DNA of 64,000 bases, from assembly GCA_907165135.1 (NCBI GenBank), contig OU015568.1, positions 16,813,208 to 16,877,207 of the forward strand. The letters run 5' to 3'. Positions 1 to 12,224 of the stretch are shown piece after piece. Numbering within the stretch: the first letter of the stretch is position 1; each line of letters starts with the position of its first letter. The notes under the pieces were generated by a model. The model searched no databases and had not been told where the DNA came from. It saw only the letters and a program-made list of their open reading frames with translations. The position numbers and the translations under genes are program-made. Source of the stretch: Oikopleura dioica (taxonomy: Eukaryota > Animalia > Chordata).

Positions 1-1744
1 TATTTGTCGTCGTCTTTGTGCTCAGGTAAGGACTCGTCGATTGTGCCAGATTCGATTTCATTTTGAAGCCTGAAATAAATTTATAGCCGATAAATTCTAA
101 TCATTCTTTTTTTGTAAAAAGAATATTCTGATTATTTTTTATCTCAATTACTTCTAAGAAATTCAATTCATATTTATTAAAATTCTGTCAACAGAAAATA
201 TAATACCTTTTTAGGTACTTTTTAGGAAAGACTCTTTACACAGATCAAAAGTATAAAGAAATACAGATTAATTCAAGTAAAATCATAGGACTTTTACCAA
301 TTGTCGGCGATTCAAAGTTTGATGCAACATTTTATAAAAACATATCGGGAATTCAACAGTGTTTTATTACGACGGGCAAATCCGTATTTATAGGCAAACA
401 TAGCCAAAAGAGGGAGCTAAAAGTCCCGCTCAAACCGAGAAATAGTCAAACAAGGTGCTCCTTATCAAGATTGAAAATGCCAGCTCTCGCAGAGAGAGAG
501 AGGCTAGTTTCTTACCGCGTCATCAAAAACCATTTACAGAGATGTGCTGGGCAATTTTTAAGTTTTGGGAAATGACATTTTGACAATTATAATTTTGGCT
601 TCAAATTCTTTCTTACCTCTGAGCGTTGATGGCTTTTCTGGCAATATCAATCTTCTGATACTCTTCAAAAACTTCAAAGCGGTGTCTAGCCGGATCGTAT
701 CCATTCCACCTGTCTCGTTTTCCCTCAAAACCAAGCTCCAAGTTCGGCTGAATATATTCGTCCGGTGCAATGTCTTCTCCCGTCCATTTTGCTCCTCGTT
801 TTCGCGGCCGCTCGAGACAGTCCTTTTTCTTGTGCGTCATTGCGCCGCAATTTTCACAAGCGCCTTTTCGAAAACGAGTGGAGGATTTTTGAGCGGGCAT
901 TCCTCGGTGGTACCAGTCTCCGATCGTGTGTTTGAGCGAGTCCTTGAGAGAGTTAGGTTTTGAATCGAGCTGAGCGAGCTGAGCCAGCTCGAAACCTGAG
1001 CTAGAGCATTCCTTAGAAATTCTAAGTTAGAATAGTAATCGGACTATCGTAGGTCAGCTCAGTCTGAGCCAAGTAAAGTTTGAGCGGAATTCGCTCAAGA
1101 CTCAAGTCTCGGCCAGTTAGTTGAATTCGAGGTAAATCTGCTCAGTTTGAGCCCGCTCAGCTCAATTTGAAATAGCGAAGCTGAATTTGAGCGAGCTCAG
1201 TTCATTTTGAGCTAGCTCAAATTATTTGAGCCTGCACGTCTTGAGCTTGCTAATCAATTGTCCGAGGTTGATCTGGAGCTAGCCTTGAGCTCAATTCTCG
1301 CGCAGCCTAATTTGAGCTAGCTCAGATTAGTTTGACCTTACTGAGCCGGGCTAATCTCTCAGTTTGAATCAGAAACCAGTTCCAACTGAGCTCGACTTGA
1401 ACACCTAAAGCCAGAAAAGTCTTCAGCTAAACTTTCCTCAAATCATAACTCCATTCCTTTGGTTTGTGCTGATGCGAGAGCGACGGTTTCTTTTCCTTGT
1501 CGATGTACCATGGAACGCTGGCGATGTAGCTTGGAATGTGTGGATTAATAATTTCGCCCTTTTCATCCTTTTCTGGCTGCGCCGTTCCGTCTTTTCGCGC
1601 CTCTTCGAGTTCTTTTTTCTCCCTCGCTTCGCTGCGGCTCAGTTTCTTGGGCACTTCCGCTTCCATCCGCCGCCGTTCAGCGTGAGTCAGCTGCTTCGGC
1701 TTTGGATAGAGCTTTCCAGGCTCGAACGATGGATCCATCACCAT
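1..1744 (-). CDS. SLU7: Pre-mRNA splicing factor SLU7 (3' end runs off the window)
   Basis: Exons 1744-1433, 942-617 and 69-1 are joined by GT-AG introns. Hallmark motifs: [15 protein letters not shown], zinc knuckle [22 protein letters not shown] and [21 protein letters not shown] acceptor lies upstream of the ATG at about 1771. Confidence 0.95.
955..1410. mobile_element. Degenerate GAGCT/CTCAG-rich TIR element filling SLU7 intron 1
   Basis: Imperfect inverted ends (TAGGTTTTGAATCGAGCTGAG ... CTGAGCTCGACTTGAACACCTA) and many internal GAGCT motifs. No intact TSD. Confidence 0.5.
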
Positions 1745-2019
1745 CTTCGTCGAATTCAAAATACGATTTTCTGAAAAGAAGATTTTTTAGTTTCTCGCTG
1801 AATTGGGAAATTTTTTGAAAAAAAATTTGGCAAAATTAACTTAAGCCGAGAAAATAATATGCTAAGCTGAACTAGTTGACGAATATCACCCAAAAAAGCC
1901 TTTCTAGCGAAGGTATTACTTTTGTATTTTTCATTTATTCAATATGAGAGGTATCAATGTTGAAGTGAATGGCAGAAAATAAAAATGAACAGAATTCAAA
2001 AACGTAAAAATTATATATT

Positions 2020-2982
2020 CTAGTGACCGATCGACAAGTCCAGTGGAAGAATGTCTAAAATTTCCTCGCTGCTGGGCAATTCCGACTGAAAATATTTTTA
2101 TGAAAACAGTGAAAAATGTCCGAAAGGCACCTTTCGCAATGTAGGAACTTGAAGATTCGCAAGAAAACCAGGATCGCTGAACTGTTTTCGCGCTTTTTTG
2201 TTGATAATTTGTTGCCACTGCTCGATCTCTTCTGGGCTGATTGGGTCGATTCTGCGTTTCGTTTGAAAGATTTTATTGAAGTTTTTCTTCACTGAAGGTT
2301 CTTCGAAGAGCTGCTTCACCGTTTTCGCGATTTCGGTGGTCGGCTCTTTCTTTTTGTTCATGAGTGAAGTTTGGGATCGTGTTCGTCGCTGGCTTCTGAA
2401 GAAAAAATGGTTGTTTTTTACTCTACTATTGAGGCCGTAGAGATCTTGGCGACCTTAGTCAGGGTCCGAAAGGAGCTCGCCTGTGCAGAAAACCTGAGTC
2501 AGGCTTTGAAGAAGCATTAATGAAAAGCCGCGTCGCTGCTTCGTTTTTTAAAAATTCGCTACGCACCTTTTCATTAATGCTCTTTCAAAGCATGACTCAG
2601 GTTTTCCACACAGGTTCCCGAGCCCAGCTCAGCTCGCTGCTTCCAGACTCAGGCTTTTTCACAAGTAGGTTGCGCCTTTGGCATGTTAAGATGAAAAAGC
2701 CGGCATGGCTTTTGCCGCTTCAAAAACTACTAGACTGACTTACCCTTCAGATAAAATAGAAGAGGGATCGATCTCTGACTTTCTGGATCTATTGTTGTGA
2801 TTTGTCCTGAAATAAAAAAGTATTTTTTGAAACGAATAAAGTTTTTCTTACAATCGAAGATTTCCCAAGTGCTCTGCGAGTTCTGTTCTCAGATATCCGT
2901 GATATGGAATAGTTTTATTTTCTTCGCGTTCTCCGATGCGCCTCAGGCCAAGAATATCCATGATGCGTGCTTCCTCTGTCAT
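2020..2982 (-). CDS. Hypothetical protein (4 exons)
   Basis: GT-AG exons join in frame: MTEEARIMDILGLRR...RL|TNHNNRSRKSEIDPSSILSEG|SQRRTRSQTSLMNKKKEP...LRK|SELPSSEEILDILPLDLSIGH*. No family recognised. Confidence 0.65.
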
Positions 2983-3373
2983 CCTAAAATATGGATTATT
3001 TTCTGCCACTTTAGAACTAAAGTTTGAGTTTTGAGTAATAATTGAAAGGGAGAGACATCAAGAATCGTGATATTTCTATCAAAATTAACGTAGTGAGACC
3101 CTTATTTTTAGCCTGATTTAATCGAAAAGCCGCTAGCGGCTTTGGCAAGCAAAATAAGAGCCGCGCAAAGTGCGGCTTTTCCTTTTGCATAGCTCGAAGC
3201 TGCAAACTCTGAAGTCCTCCAAAATTAACCTACAGACACCCTTATTGAATTTCCTCGAAAAAAATTCAAACCTTTATCAAATTTCTCTAAAGGTCGGAAT
3301 TTTAGCAAATCTTTTATTCAAAGATGTCTTTCTTTCGCTAAATTGCTAAATAGGAGAATTTAGAATGAAGAAT

Positions 3374-4549
3374 TCAGAATTCTGATGAAGATTTCTGAAG
3401 CCAGATTCGCACGAATGTGTCTAGAGAATTTTTATATTTCTAGTTTGATAAAGGTTTGAGCATATTTACCACCAGATTTTAAAAAATCAAGAAGAGGCTT
3501 GCTTCCAGGAATATCATCGAAAACCGCGCTTTTCGAGGGTATCATTCCGTTTCTCGAAGCCGCAAGGGGCTTTTCTTCAAAAAATAAGGGTATCCCTATG
3601 TTGATCTCGAAGAAAATCACGATTCTTGAAGTTTACCCGCACCAATTCGGTATGAACCTTGATTGGAAGATGTCGTTCATAACCATGCACTCAAAAATGT
3701 CTTCCAAAAGGTTGAATCCAGTGTCCGTATTTGTCGTCAATCTGTGAAGCAGCTGACGAAGTCGCTTTTCGGGATAATTGTTCGGGTTAAATTCGGACGT
3801 GTCTTTCGGTTTAGTGCATAACGTCAAGGGAACGATCTTTTGCTCGGAGCGTTCGTAAACCAATTCTCCGGGCTTGAATTTGTTCATAAGCGCTTCCAGA
3901 GCATCTGCTGTCGATTCGTACGCGCTCTTCAACTCGGGTTAAAAAATGATTCCTAAAATATGAGCGAACGCCCGGATAGACGATGTTTTCTTTGCAAATA
4001 CCAGGAATTGGGGAATTTTCGATTTGCGAAAAGTCAACAAAGCGAAAGCTCTTTCAAAAATAAAAATTTCTGTTTGGCTAAGCAGAAGAAATTTCGGCTC
4101 AGCTAAGCAAACCTGAGGCAAAGCTAAGTGAGAATGAGCTAAGCCTGCCAGGAATTTATTGCGAAGTCCTTCGAAGCTAAGCTAAGTAGCTTAGTCGAAA
4201 AGAAAAATTGGCTTAGCTAAGTTGCGAAGAAATTAGGCTTTTTAAGCTAGGCTAAGTTGGACGATTTTCTTTTTGCTGAGCTACGGTGACTCAATGGCCA
4301 CACTAAAATACCAAAAAAAAGTCGGCTAAGCTAGCTTAGCTGAAAGATTTGGCAAAATGCTTTGATCAGCAAGCTTGACTAAGAAAATATTTGTAAATCT
4401 CAGACTAGTTTTTTAACCCTGCTCTGGAAGCGATTCCAAGTTCGTGCCACGTCCTGTGGAATGTTAAAAGTGACGATTTCGCAGCCCACTGGCAATCTGT
4501 ACTCTGCCTGGCCTCGGTGGCTACTCTTTCCATTTTCTTGCTTCGACAT
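3374..4549 (-). CDS. Hypothetical protein
   Basis: An acceptor at about 4561 precedes MSKQENGKSSHRGQAEYRLP...FQSR|LKSAYESTADALE...IPNWC, then GIPLFFEEKP...LKSG|DTFVRIWLQKSSSEF*. One internal junction is unresolved. Confidence 0.55.
4075..4385. repeat. GCTAAGCT-rich intronic repeat element
   Basis: Dense GCTAAG/CTTAGC motifs. The same family occurs at 10320-10700. Confidence 0.55.
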
Positions 4550-4738
4550 CTTTTCACTTTCTGGAAAAAATATCGACTTGAAATTCAATTTATTGACTGA
4601 ATTTTAAATTTTGAAGTTGGTATATTTTCTTTATCAGTTTCGAGCAGTACAGTAGTGGGCGAGCAAAATCCGTTGTTTCAGCCGGTTTTCAGGTAATTCA
4701 GTTTTTCAGAAGAATCAATAATCGGTAAGGCAGGTTTG

Positions 4739-5431
4739 TTACTTTGATTTGTTGCGTTTTCCGAGCTGTGAGCCGATGGACATTGTTCTCGAAGGATTGG
4801 CAAGCTTCTTCTTTGATGCGTCTTTTCCGTGCTTTCCTTTCATCTGAAAGAATTACAGTTAGAATCATTCAAAGTCAAAAATGATAATTGTTTAGGGAAA
4901 AGGTTACTCAAGGGTTAGGGCTAGGGTATGTAAAATTCTCAAAATAGCAGGGGCAGAGGGGTTCGTCCTTTCAGCCAACCAGAAGCCGGTTTTTCATTTG
5001 AAAGCAAGTCAGAGAAGAGTTAACACCTATAAACCCTTAATTCCTAAATCAGAACAAGCGAATTCTAGTAAGGTAACCCTAACTTCGTAAGCGATTAAAC
5101 GTCAAAACGTTCATAAATCAGCCGGTGCTCACCTTGATGTCCTTAATTTGCATAAAGTCGTATTCATCGTAATAATTGTTCTCGAAGTTCGAGTGGATTT
5201 CTTCTTGAGAAAAGAGCGACTTGGTCATTTTTTTCCTTTCTTGGTTTTTTTTCCGTTGAATAATTTTCTCCACCGCGAGTTTTATACCAAGCCGGGTCAC
5301 TCTCGACGCCACCGGGTGTCACATGAGTCGTTGTTTTCAACAACTCAAAAATCAATTTGTCAATTTTCGTCATATTTTTTCATTCTAAAACAGCTCACGT
5401 GATGGGCGACCGGGGTCTTGTGATGCGCCAT
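4739..5431 (-). CDS. Small basic protein, possibly mitochondrial ribosomal protein mS33-like
   Basis: Reconstructed as MAHHKTPVAHH|LLKTT...DPAWYKTRGG|SLFSQEE...NNYYDEYDFMQIKDIK|MKGKHGK...LGKRNKSK*. YYDEYDFM..K.KGK and the terminal GKR resemble mS33 as recalled (YRDEHQDFM...LRGK...GEGKR). One non-GT donor is required. Confidence 0.35.
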
Positions 5432-5534
5432 CGGCCTGGTCTTGACCTCCAAGAAAAAAAATCAAACAGCAATTTTGGAATTTACGAGGAGTGAGTCAGA
5501 AAGCTTTCTTTTTGCAAAAAAAAATTGGAACTTG

Positions 5535-8500
5535 TCAATTTGAAAGGGAAAAAAGCTTGACTTGGTGATCCTCGCCGCAGGTGGCGACCATTGAACAGTC
5601 TCGGAAGCAGATTTGCGAGACGAAACCGACATGGCATTCGTCTCTCGATACAGTCGATTCTGAATGAAGATTCTGAGCATTTCTGAAACAATAATCGACT
5701 TGCACTGGAATTTTTATACAAGAAATTTGTTATTCGTGAAAATCTTTTGCGAATAATATGGAGGATTCTGATTGACTGAAAAGCTTTTTTGAGCACTTTG
5801 ATTGGTCGAGCAAAAAATGATTGAAAAGATAGAATTCTGCATGTAAATTTGCATTCGGCCAATCAAAATGCCCAAAAAATCTATTGGGCGAATCAGAATC
5901 CTCGCTTTTATTAGTAAAAGTTTTGAAGATTTGTGTCATCATCCCGAAAATCCTGCCGGTTTTTCCGCTCCTACCTAATTTAAGATCTCCATTCTCAGTT
6001 TTGTACAATTCCAGGGCGCCGTCTTCCTTCCCCAGCAGCAATAATGACTCTTCACTATTTTTCATTTTCACACAATCGACTGCAGTCAAAGCTTGATCCG
6101 ACTGTAAAGACGACGCTTTGAGCCACTCTCCATTTTCCATCTTCCAAGTAATGAGCTGCTTATCCCGCCCGGCAGTGAGAAAAGTTTGATTGTCGAGCCA
6201 GCAGCAATTCCAAATCACACGCGAATGGGCCTTCATTGATTTATCGAAAATCTTTTCCAACTCCCAGGATTCTCCATTTTCGTCCCTTTCAAAAAAAGTT
6301 CAAACCAAAATTAAAATTCTGCTTACTTTAGTTTCCACACCATCGCCACTCGATCGCGTCCAACTGAGAGCAGCCTCTTACTGTCCGGCGAAAATCGAAG
6401 TTGAATTACAGTTAGCTGATGCTGCTCCAGTTTCGCTAATGCACCGGGCTTTCCGTTTTGAGATCCGTCCCAAATGAAAATCGATGCTAAAAGAAACTTG
6501 ATCTGGTGTTTGGTTTTGATGGGTTTTTGTTGGTTCAAGGTGCTTTTAGATGGTGTGATTTGGGTTTTCTGTGGGTTTTCGAGGTTTTCGACCAGTTCAA
6601 GCGGGTTTAAGTGGGTTTTATTTTGCTTCAGATGGATTTTAGCCGGTTTATTTAGAGATTTAAGGTGGTTTTAGCGGGTTAATGATGGTTTAATTTAGGT
6701 TTTATATGGGTTTTGGAGGTTCTCAGTGGTTTTAAATGGATTGAAAAGGGTTTTAGTGAGCTAATATGTTTTTTAGAGGTGAAAATATTTTCTTGCAATT
6801 TTGAGAATTTCAAGGTTTCTTGGCCAGATTGGAGCATTTTCTTTACCTTGGCTCTTTTTCGAAGCTTTACAAGACGAGGCAATAAACTTTCCATCAGGAG
6901 AAGAGGTAAGTGACTGTAGTTCGGAGCCATGGCCGTACAACTTTCGCTCTTCCCACCAAAGAGTGTTTTGAAGAAGATCGGCTTCCAGTGGAACTGCGCC
7001 AAGCTAAAAAAAATAAGCGAGAATGCTTTTATGAGGCAGAAACAAACGTTCAAAGCGGTGAATTGATCCTCCATGTAAGACTCGTGCGCGGCAATTTCCC
7101 TGTCAGCGTTGACTTTTCCTTGCTTCTCAAAAACCGCTTTGTTGGATAATCCAAGCGCCGGCACAGCTGCTCCTTCTGGTTCATCTTCTGTTTCGCCCAC
7201 ATTGTAGCCGGTAATAGCTTCAAAATTCTCGCGGAAATTTCGCGTTGATCTGAAAACTCGAATGACCTTTTCTTCGGCGCCAGAAGCGAAGCGGTTTGAT
7301 CCAATGCTCGTCATGCATCTGATATCGTGTCCGTGGACTTGCGGTCTCGCGCATTCGGCCCAGAAGATTTCGGAAGGTTCCGAAGATTGGTTTTGATTGT
7401 TGATCCGGGAATATAGACGAGTTGTCTGGTCAAAACTTGTTGAAAGTAAAAACGTCTTGTCTTGGCTCCACGAAAGATCTCTTAAATCATAATTAGAGTA
7501 ACTTAATGAAATACCAAAAAGTTAAGGTTTATCAAAAGCTAAAGGGGGGTTAGCCAATCAGAAACCCAAAGAACCTTGCGAATTTGAGGGTGGTTTGCTG
7601 GTTTTTGATTGGCTAAGAGGACCTTCCTTTAATTTTTAGGCATTTGACCGGGTGGAGCTAGGGTGGGCAAAATATCGGTGAATGGTCGAAGGGGTTGCTT
7701 AATTCTGATAGGGAGAAAAATATTTGCAGGTTTCTTATTGGCTTAGACAACCCTTTACCTAACCCCTGTTTTAGCCCTTGGAAAACTAACCTTACTGGTC
7801 CAAAATGACCACTTGGGCTGATGCTAGATTTCCACTGCGCCTCCTCTTCATTCCACCACCACAGATAAAATGCTCCATTGTACGAGTGCGCTAGAATTCC
7901 AAGTTTTCCAGAGTCTGATCGACCAGCTGTGACACCAAGAAATCCCATATTCGCTCCGCCAAAATCGCCGATTCTAGCCACGTCTGACCAAGTTCCTAAA
8001 CTTTGTTCTTCCTCTTCTTCTTCGATTGCTTCGGCGCTAGAATTTGAAGACCAGACAATGACCGACTTGTCCATGGAACTCGTGACTAAATGCAGCTCCC
8101 CCTCGATGGAAATCCAGCAAGAAGAAGTCGACCAATTCGAGTGGCCGCGCAAAATCGTTTCTGTTAAAATTTCAAACTCTTCTTCGATCAAAATTTTCTT
8201 GTCCACTTGAAGTCTGTCTTCGGTTTCGACTTTGTCTTGCTCGTTTTGCTTGAAAATCTTGATCACTCTTACTTTGTTGTCCTTGTTTCTGGGCTCAGCA
8301 ACCTGTGAAAAAAACCTGTGTCAGACAGGGTCAAGACAGAGCTTGAATAATGAGGACTCTTTCTGGACCCTGACTCAGGTTTTCTACACAGGTTGCCGAG
8401 CCCAGCCTTGTTCGTGACAGATAAAAAGATGCTGTCCTCCAAAGTCGTCGAAGAAAAGCTCAAACTCGTACTCCAATCTTCTCCAATTTGAATTTTACTC

Positions 8501-9364
8501 GTTTCCTTCAGTTCTCCATTGAATTCTTTGTCGATCAAAAAGAAGCGGACGAAAAAGTCGGAAGTCGCAACTGCCAGAAGAATTTCCGTCGTTGAATTTC
8601 TTCTCTTGACTTTTGTCGACGCAACGCAAATTGGATAAATTGACTTGAAAACATGCTCCTTCGTTCTATTTTCTTCTTCCTCGTTTTTCGCATTGACTCG
8701 TGTTAATTTTAAAGAAGAGTCTCCCGCAATCGAGCAAATCACGTTGTTATCGTCGTCGAAATTCACGAGACTCAAGGAGCCTATCGCGTCGGAGTGAATT
8801 TTCGACAGCTTTTTTACTTCAACGAGACCGTTTTCTTCCACTTTCCAGAGAATTATTTCTCCGTCGACGGTCGCACTGACGATGAAATTCTATATTTCGG
8901 TTTTTTCGAGCCTCTGTATGAGAAAACCTATGCTCAGCAGCCTGTGTAGCAAACCTGCCGCATAGTTCTGAAAGAATTGTAGAAAAAGCCGTGTAGCGGC
9001 TTCTTTGAGAGCAAAACCGCGAAGCGGCTTCGCCAAATTTCCAATTTAATCTATTGGAAAGCCTTGGTGTAGCCACTGTACGCGGCTTTTCAATACATTT
9101 AAAGATCTCCTTCAGGATCCTGCGTGAGTTTTCTGAGTCTAGGAAAGATTAACTTGAAAAGAAAAACCGTTCCTTATCGCCAGAAATTCTGTTAATATCA
9201 CTCGAGTGTCGATTAAAACACTGAATTCTATTTTGCCGATTCGGGCAAAGCCGATGAGCGATCAAAGTCGACCTCGCTGACGCTAGGAGCAGTCCGCTTT
9301 CTGGGACCCAGTAAGTCGAGTCCGGCTGACGATTCGTTGCCGCGAAGACATGCTCTAATCTCAT
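5535..9364 (-). CDS. ELP2: Elongator complex protein 2 (WD40)
   Basis: Multi-exon gene. N-terminus HVFAATNR, then LRGHSNW, ARIGDFGGANMGFLG, SPSGHFGPV, RPQVHGHDI, SGAEEKVIRVF, PALGLSNKAV, KLYGHG, HQLTVIQLRFSPD, AHSRVIW and C-terminal VATCGEDHQVKLF. The motifs are in ELP2 order. Confidence 0.93.
8289..8405. mobile_element. 117-bp MITE (CTGGGCTCGGCAACC family) inside ELP2 coding sequence
   Basis: About 45-bp TIRs. The 8-bp TSD reads CCTTGTTT (8281-8288) and CCTTGTTC (8406-8413). Confidence 0.9.
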
Positions 9365-9396
9365 TCTGAAAAGAAACATTTGGAAACTCAGCTTTT

Positions 9397-11253
9397 TTAT
9401 CCAGAAGCAATCATTTGATCGAGCAAAGAAGTAGTTTTGGAGAGTTCGATTTGTTTCTCTTGAATCGCCGACGATCTTTTTTCGACTCTTTCCGTCAAAT
9501 TTTGAACCTTCTTCACGAATTTCCCTTTTTCTTTCACCAACTGTTGATATTTCTGGTAATCAGAATCAGCCTCTGATTTCAATCGCTTTTGAATTGTCTG
9601 AAAATTCAAGATGAGTTTGAAAAATCTTTTCATCGGGCCTCACTATTTGCGCCTTTTCAAGCAAACTTTCTCGAAGCGGCAAGAGTCAAGTCTCAATTCT
9701 TACCTTTGCATATTTTTTCGTCGCTTTGACCGATTCCTTGATCCGTTCAATATCATAAATCTCATAATGCGTCAGCGCGTTTTCTGAAATCTCCGTCATT
9801 CTAGCGCCGCCAAAGTTGCATCTTCGAGAAGAAACAACCGCCGAATTCACTCCAAGAGCATTTTTTGTGAAATAGTCGCCGAGGACGCCGAAAAAATGGT
9901 GCGTCGGATTTCCCAAAATTTGCAGCTCTAATTCTAGCTCGTTCGTTTCTTTGGAAAATGAGAGGACTTGGCCGTCGAGGACGCGGGTGACGGCGGTGGA
10001 GTAGAATTCATTCAGCCAGTCCTTGTTCCCAAGAGAAATGTTAACAAAACTCTCGTCGGGGCCATATTCGTAAAGATATTTCTCCATGATTTTATATCTC
10101 TCGTTAGTGACCAATCTGTCCAAGGAAAGCTTCAACAGTCTTCTGCACGATTTTTCGTCATTTTTGATCTTCTGTCGCGCCAGTAAAAATCCTTCGACTG
10201 TGAAGAGTCCTTCTTTTTCGATCAGTTTGATGTCTTCGGGTGTTATTTCTTCTGGATGGACTGTTTCGCCTGTTGAAATTCCGAGGAGAAGTTTTATATG
10301 CCAAGTTTGGCCTTATAAGGGTTGGAAATTTTTGAATGTTTTTAGCAGGCTAAGCTAGCTTAGCTGGGGAGAAAACTAAGCTAAGCTCGGCAATTCTTCT
10401 AAGGTAAAGAATCTTAGCTTAGCCAAGCTGAATCAGCATTCTTTTTCTAAGCTAAGCTTAGCTCAGCGAAGTTTTGACTTAGTTGAGCTTAGCTGATTAA
10501 ACAAGTAAATTTCCATGATAATTCTCAAAAGAAGTTGGCTAAGCCGGCTAAGCCTTGAGGAAATTAAGCTAAGCTGAGCTTAGTTGACATCGAAGCTTGG
10601 CTAAGCTGAGCTAAGCTATTTTCATTGAAAATTTGTAAAATTGAGCTAAGATGCCGCTTTCGTGGGAAGGGCTTAGCTGAGCTTAGCCTTAAAAATTTTC
10701 AACTCCTTTCCTCGCTGAATATATCGAGTGAATATTTCTTCTTCCGGCGATTCGAATTTTCCGATGGCGCAAAAAGTCAGTCCAGAGGAATGAAATCCTA
10801 TTTCTGGGAAAAAGCGGCTTTGAAGGCCGATTCTTTTGATTCTCTCGAGTTTGTTTTCTACTGACGGAAGAAATCTTCGATCTGGAGCTTCGCTTCGGAC
10901 GACTTCGCCGCCAGATTCAGAAGGAAGGAGTAAGGGAATATCTTCTGTGAAGGGCAAGTTGTCGTAGTTCTCGAGGAGGGTGTCTTCGATGTTGGCTTTG
11001 AGGTCGATTAAATTGGTATGTGGAGGTTTGTAGACTGGAAATACGCCGCGGAGGTTTTCGAAAAACTGCGGAAGGGATGATTCTGGAGGATTTGTTGATT
11101 TTGGCAGCTAGAATTTTTGTTGAATTTTCGCTAGAAAATCGCGCCTCGAAATTTTTCCTTCTTGAGTTTGACAGTATTGATGAGCAACTACAGTTGATGA
11201 CAGTAATAACTTACTCTTGGAAGTCGATTAACCCTTTGGACAGCTCGATTCAT
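9397..11253 (-). CDS. TRUB2: TruB-family pseudouridine synthase, TRUB2-like (mitochondrial type)
   Basis: NLRGVFPVYKPP (TRUB2 LHGLFAVYKPP), SSGLTFCAIG, QTWHIKLLLGIST, ELELELQILG and NALGVNSAVVSSRR...NALTHYEIYDIERIKE are collinear with TRUB2 as recalled. Confidence 0.75.
10320..10700. repeat. GCTAAGCT-rich TIR-like element filling a TRUB2 intron
   Basis: Imperfect inverted ends (GTTGGAAATTTTT...GGCTAAGCT / AGCTTAGCCTTAAAAATTTTCAAC) with dense GCTAAG repeats. Confidence 0.55.
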
Positions 11254-11284
11254 TTCTCTGCTTCAGAAAGATTTCTCTCTGAAT

Positions 11285-11325
11285 GAGGCGCGCTCCACCA
11301 ATCAGCGCGTGGCTACAAATTTTCG
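11285..11325. promoter_or_regulatory. Candidate divergent promoter with CCAAT box
   Basis: GCGCTCCACCAATCAGCGCGTG lies just upstream of the minus-strand gene run and faces the plus-strand gene at 12225. Confidence 0.35.
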
Positions 11326-11504
11326 TCAATTTCAACGACTAAAATCGACAAACCATAATGGAGGCACTGTTGAATGAAATCGAAATGGATTCAAATGAGG
11401 AATGAATGCCTGCTTTCATCATGTTTCCACAAACAGTAGATTCTCTAGAATAGCCGAAATCCAGCTTTGTTGTTTTCGGTTTTCGATCAGTTCGAAAATA
11501 ATTC

Positions 11505-12210
11505 GGTTACACGACGTTTTCAGCATACCGACGTTTTCAGCAACCGACGTTTTCAGCATACCGACATTTTCAGCGCTGCTGAATTCGTCGGTTTGCTGAA
11601 AACGTCGGTTTGCTGAAAACGTCGTTTTTCACCTGTAAACGCGTGGGCGTTTAGAGAGGCAACCATTTTATCAAACTTCATCTGAAAAAGATATTTCCGT
11701 AAATCGTAAAATAACATAAAATCGATGTAATATTAATGAGTCAGTTACAAAGGATTATATTTAATAAAATTATTATTTTTATCCTTTTAAATATTGATTT
11801 ATCATGATTTTCAATGTTTTAAAAGCATATTCACGAAACTGAATAATACGTTAATACTGTTAACTAACTGGTGACTATGATTATTATTATAATTAATAAT
11901 TATTAATTATGTATTAAAAAAGATATTTGGCTTATCTTATTACTTTTTCAAAATAATGCATTTTTAATGACTCATTTAGAAATGCTTTTAAACTTTTAAT
12001 TAGCCAATTAAATTCCGAGAACATCGTCTTTAGATCCATTTGTTTGAAAATGTCGTCAGTGCAAACGCCCACGCGTTTTCAGGTGAAAATGGATGTTTTC
12101 AGCAAACCGACGTTTTCAGCAAACCGACGAATTCAGCAGCGCTGAAAATGTCGGTATGCTGAAAACGTCGGTTGCTGAAAACGTCGGTATGCTGAAAACG
12201 TCGTGTAACC
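11505..12210. mobile_element. 706-bp MULE/foldback-type non-autonomous element
   Basis: About 147-bp TIRs start GGTTACACGACGTTTTCAGC and carry internal CGACGTTTTCAGC repeats around an AT-rich core. Perfect 9-bp TSD AAATAATTC (11496-11504, 12211-12219). Confidence 0.92.
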
Positions 12211-12224
12211 AAATAATTCGCAAA

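Noticed and set aside
6474-6830. ORFs in the G/T-skewed ELP2 intron, including the tail of ORF 6679-7314
   Set aside because: Low-complexity intronic sequence. The true frame splices at about 7030 and resumes in the frame encoding KLYGHG.
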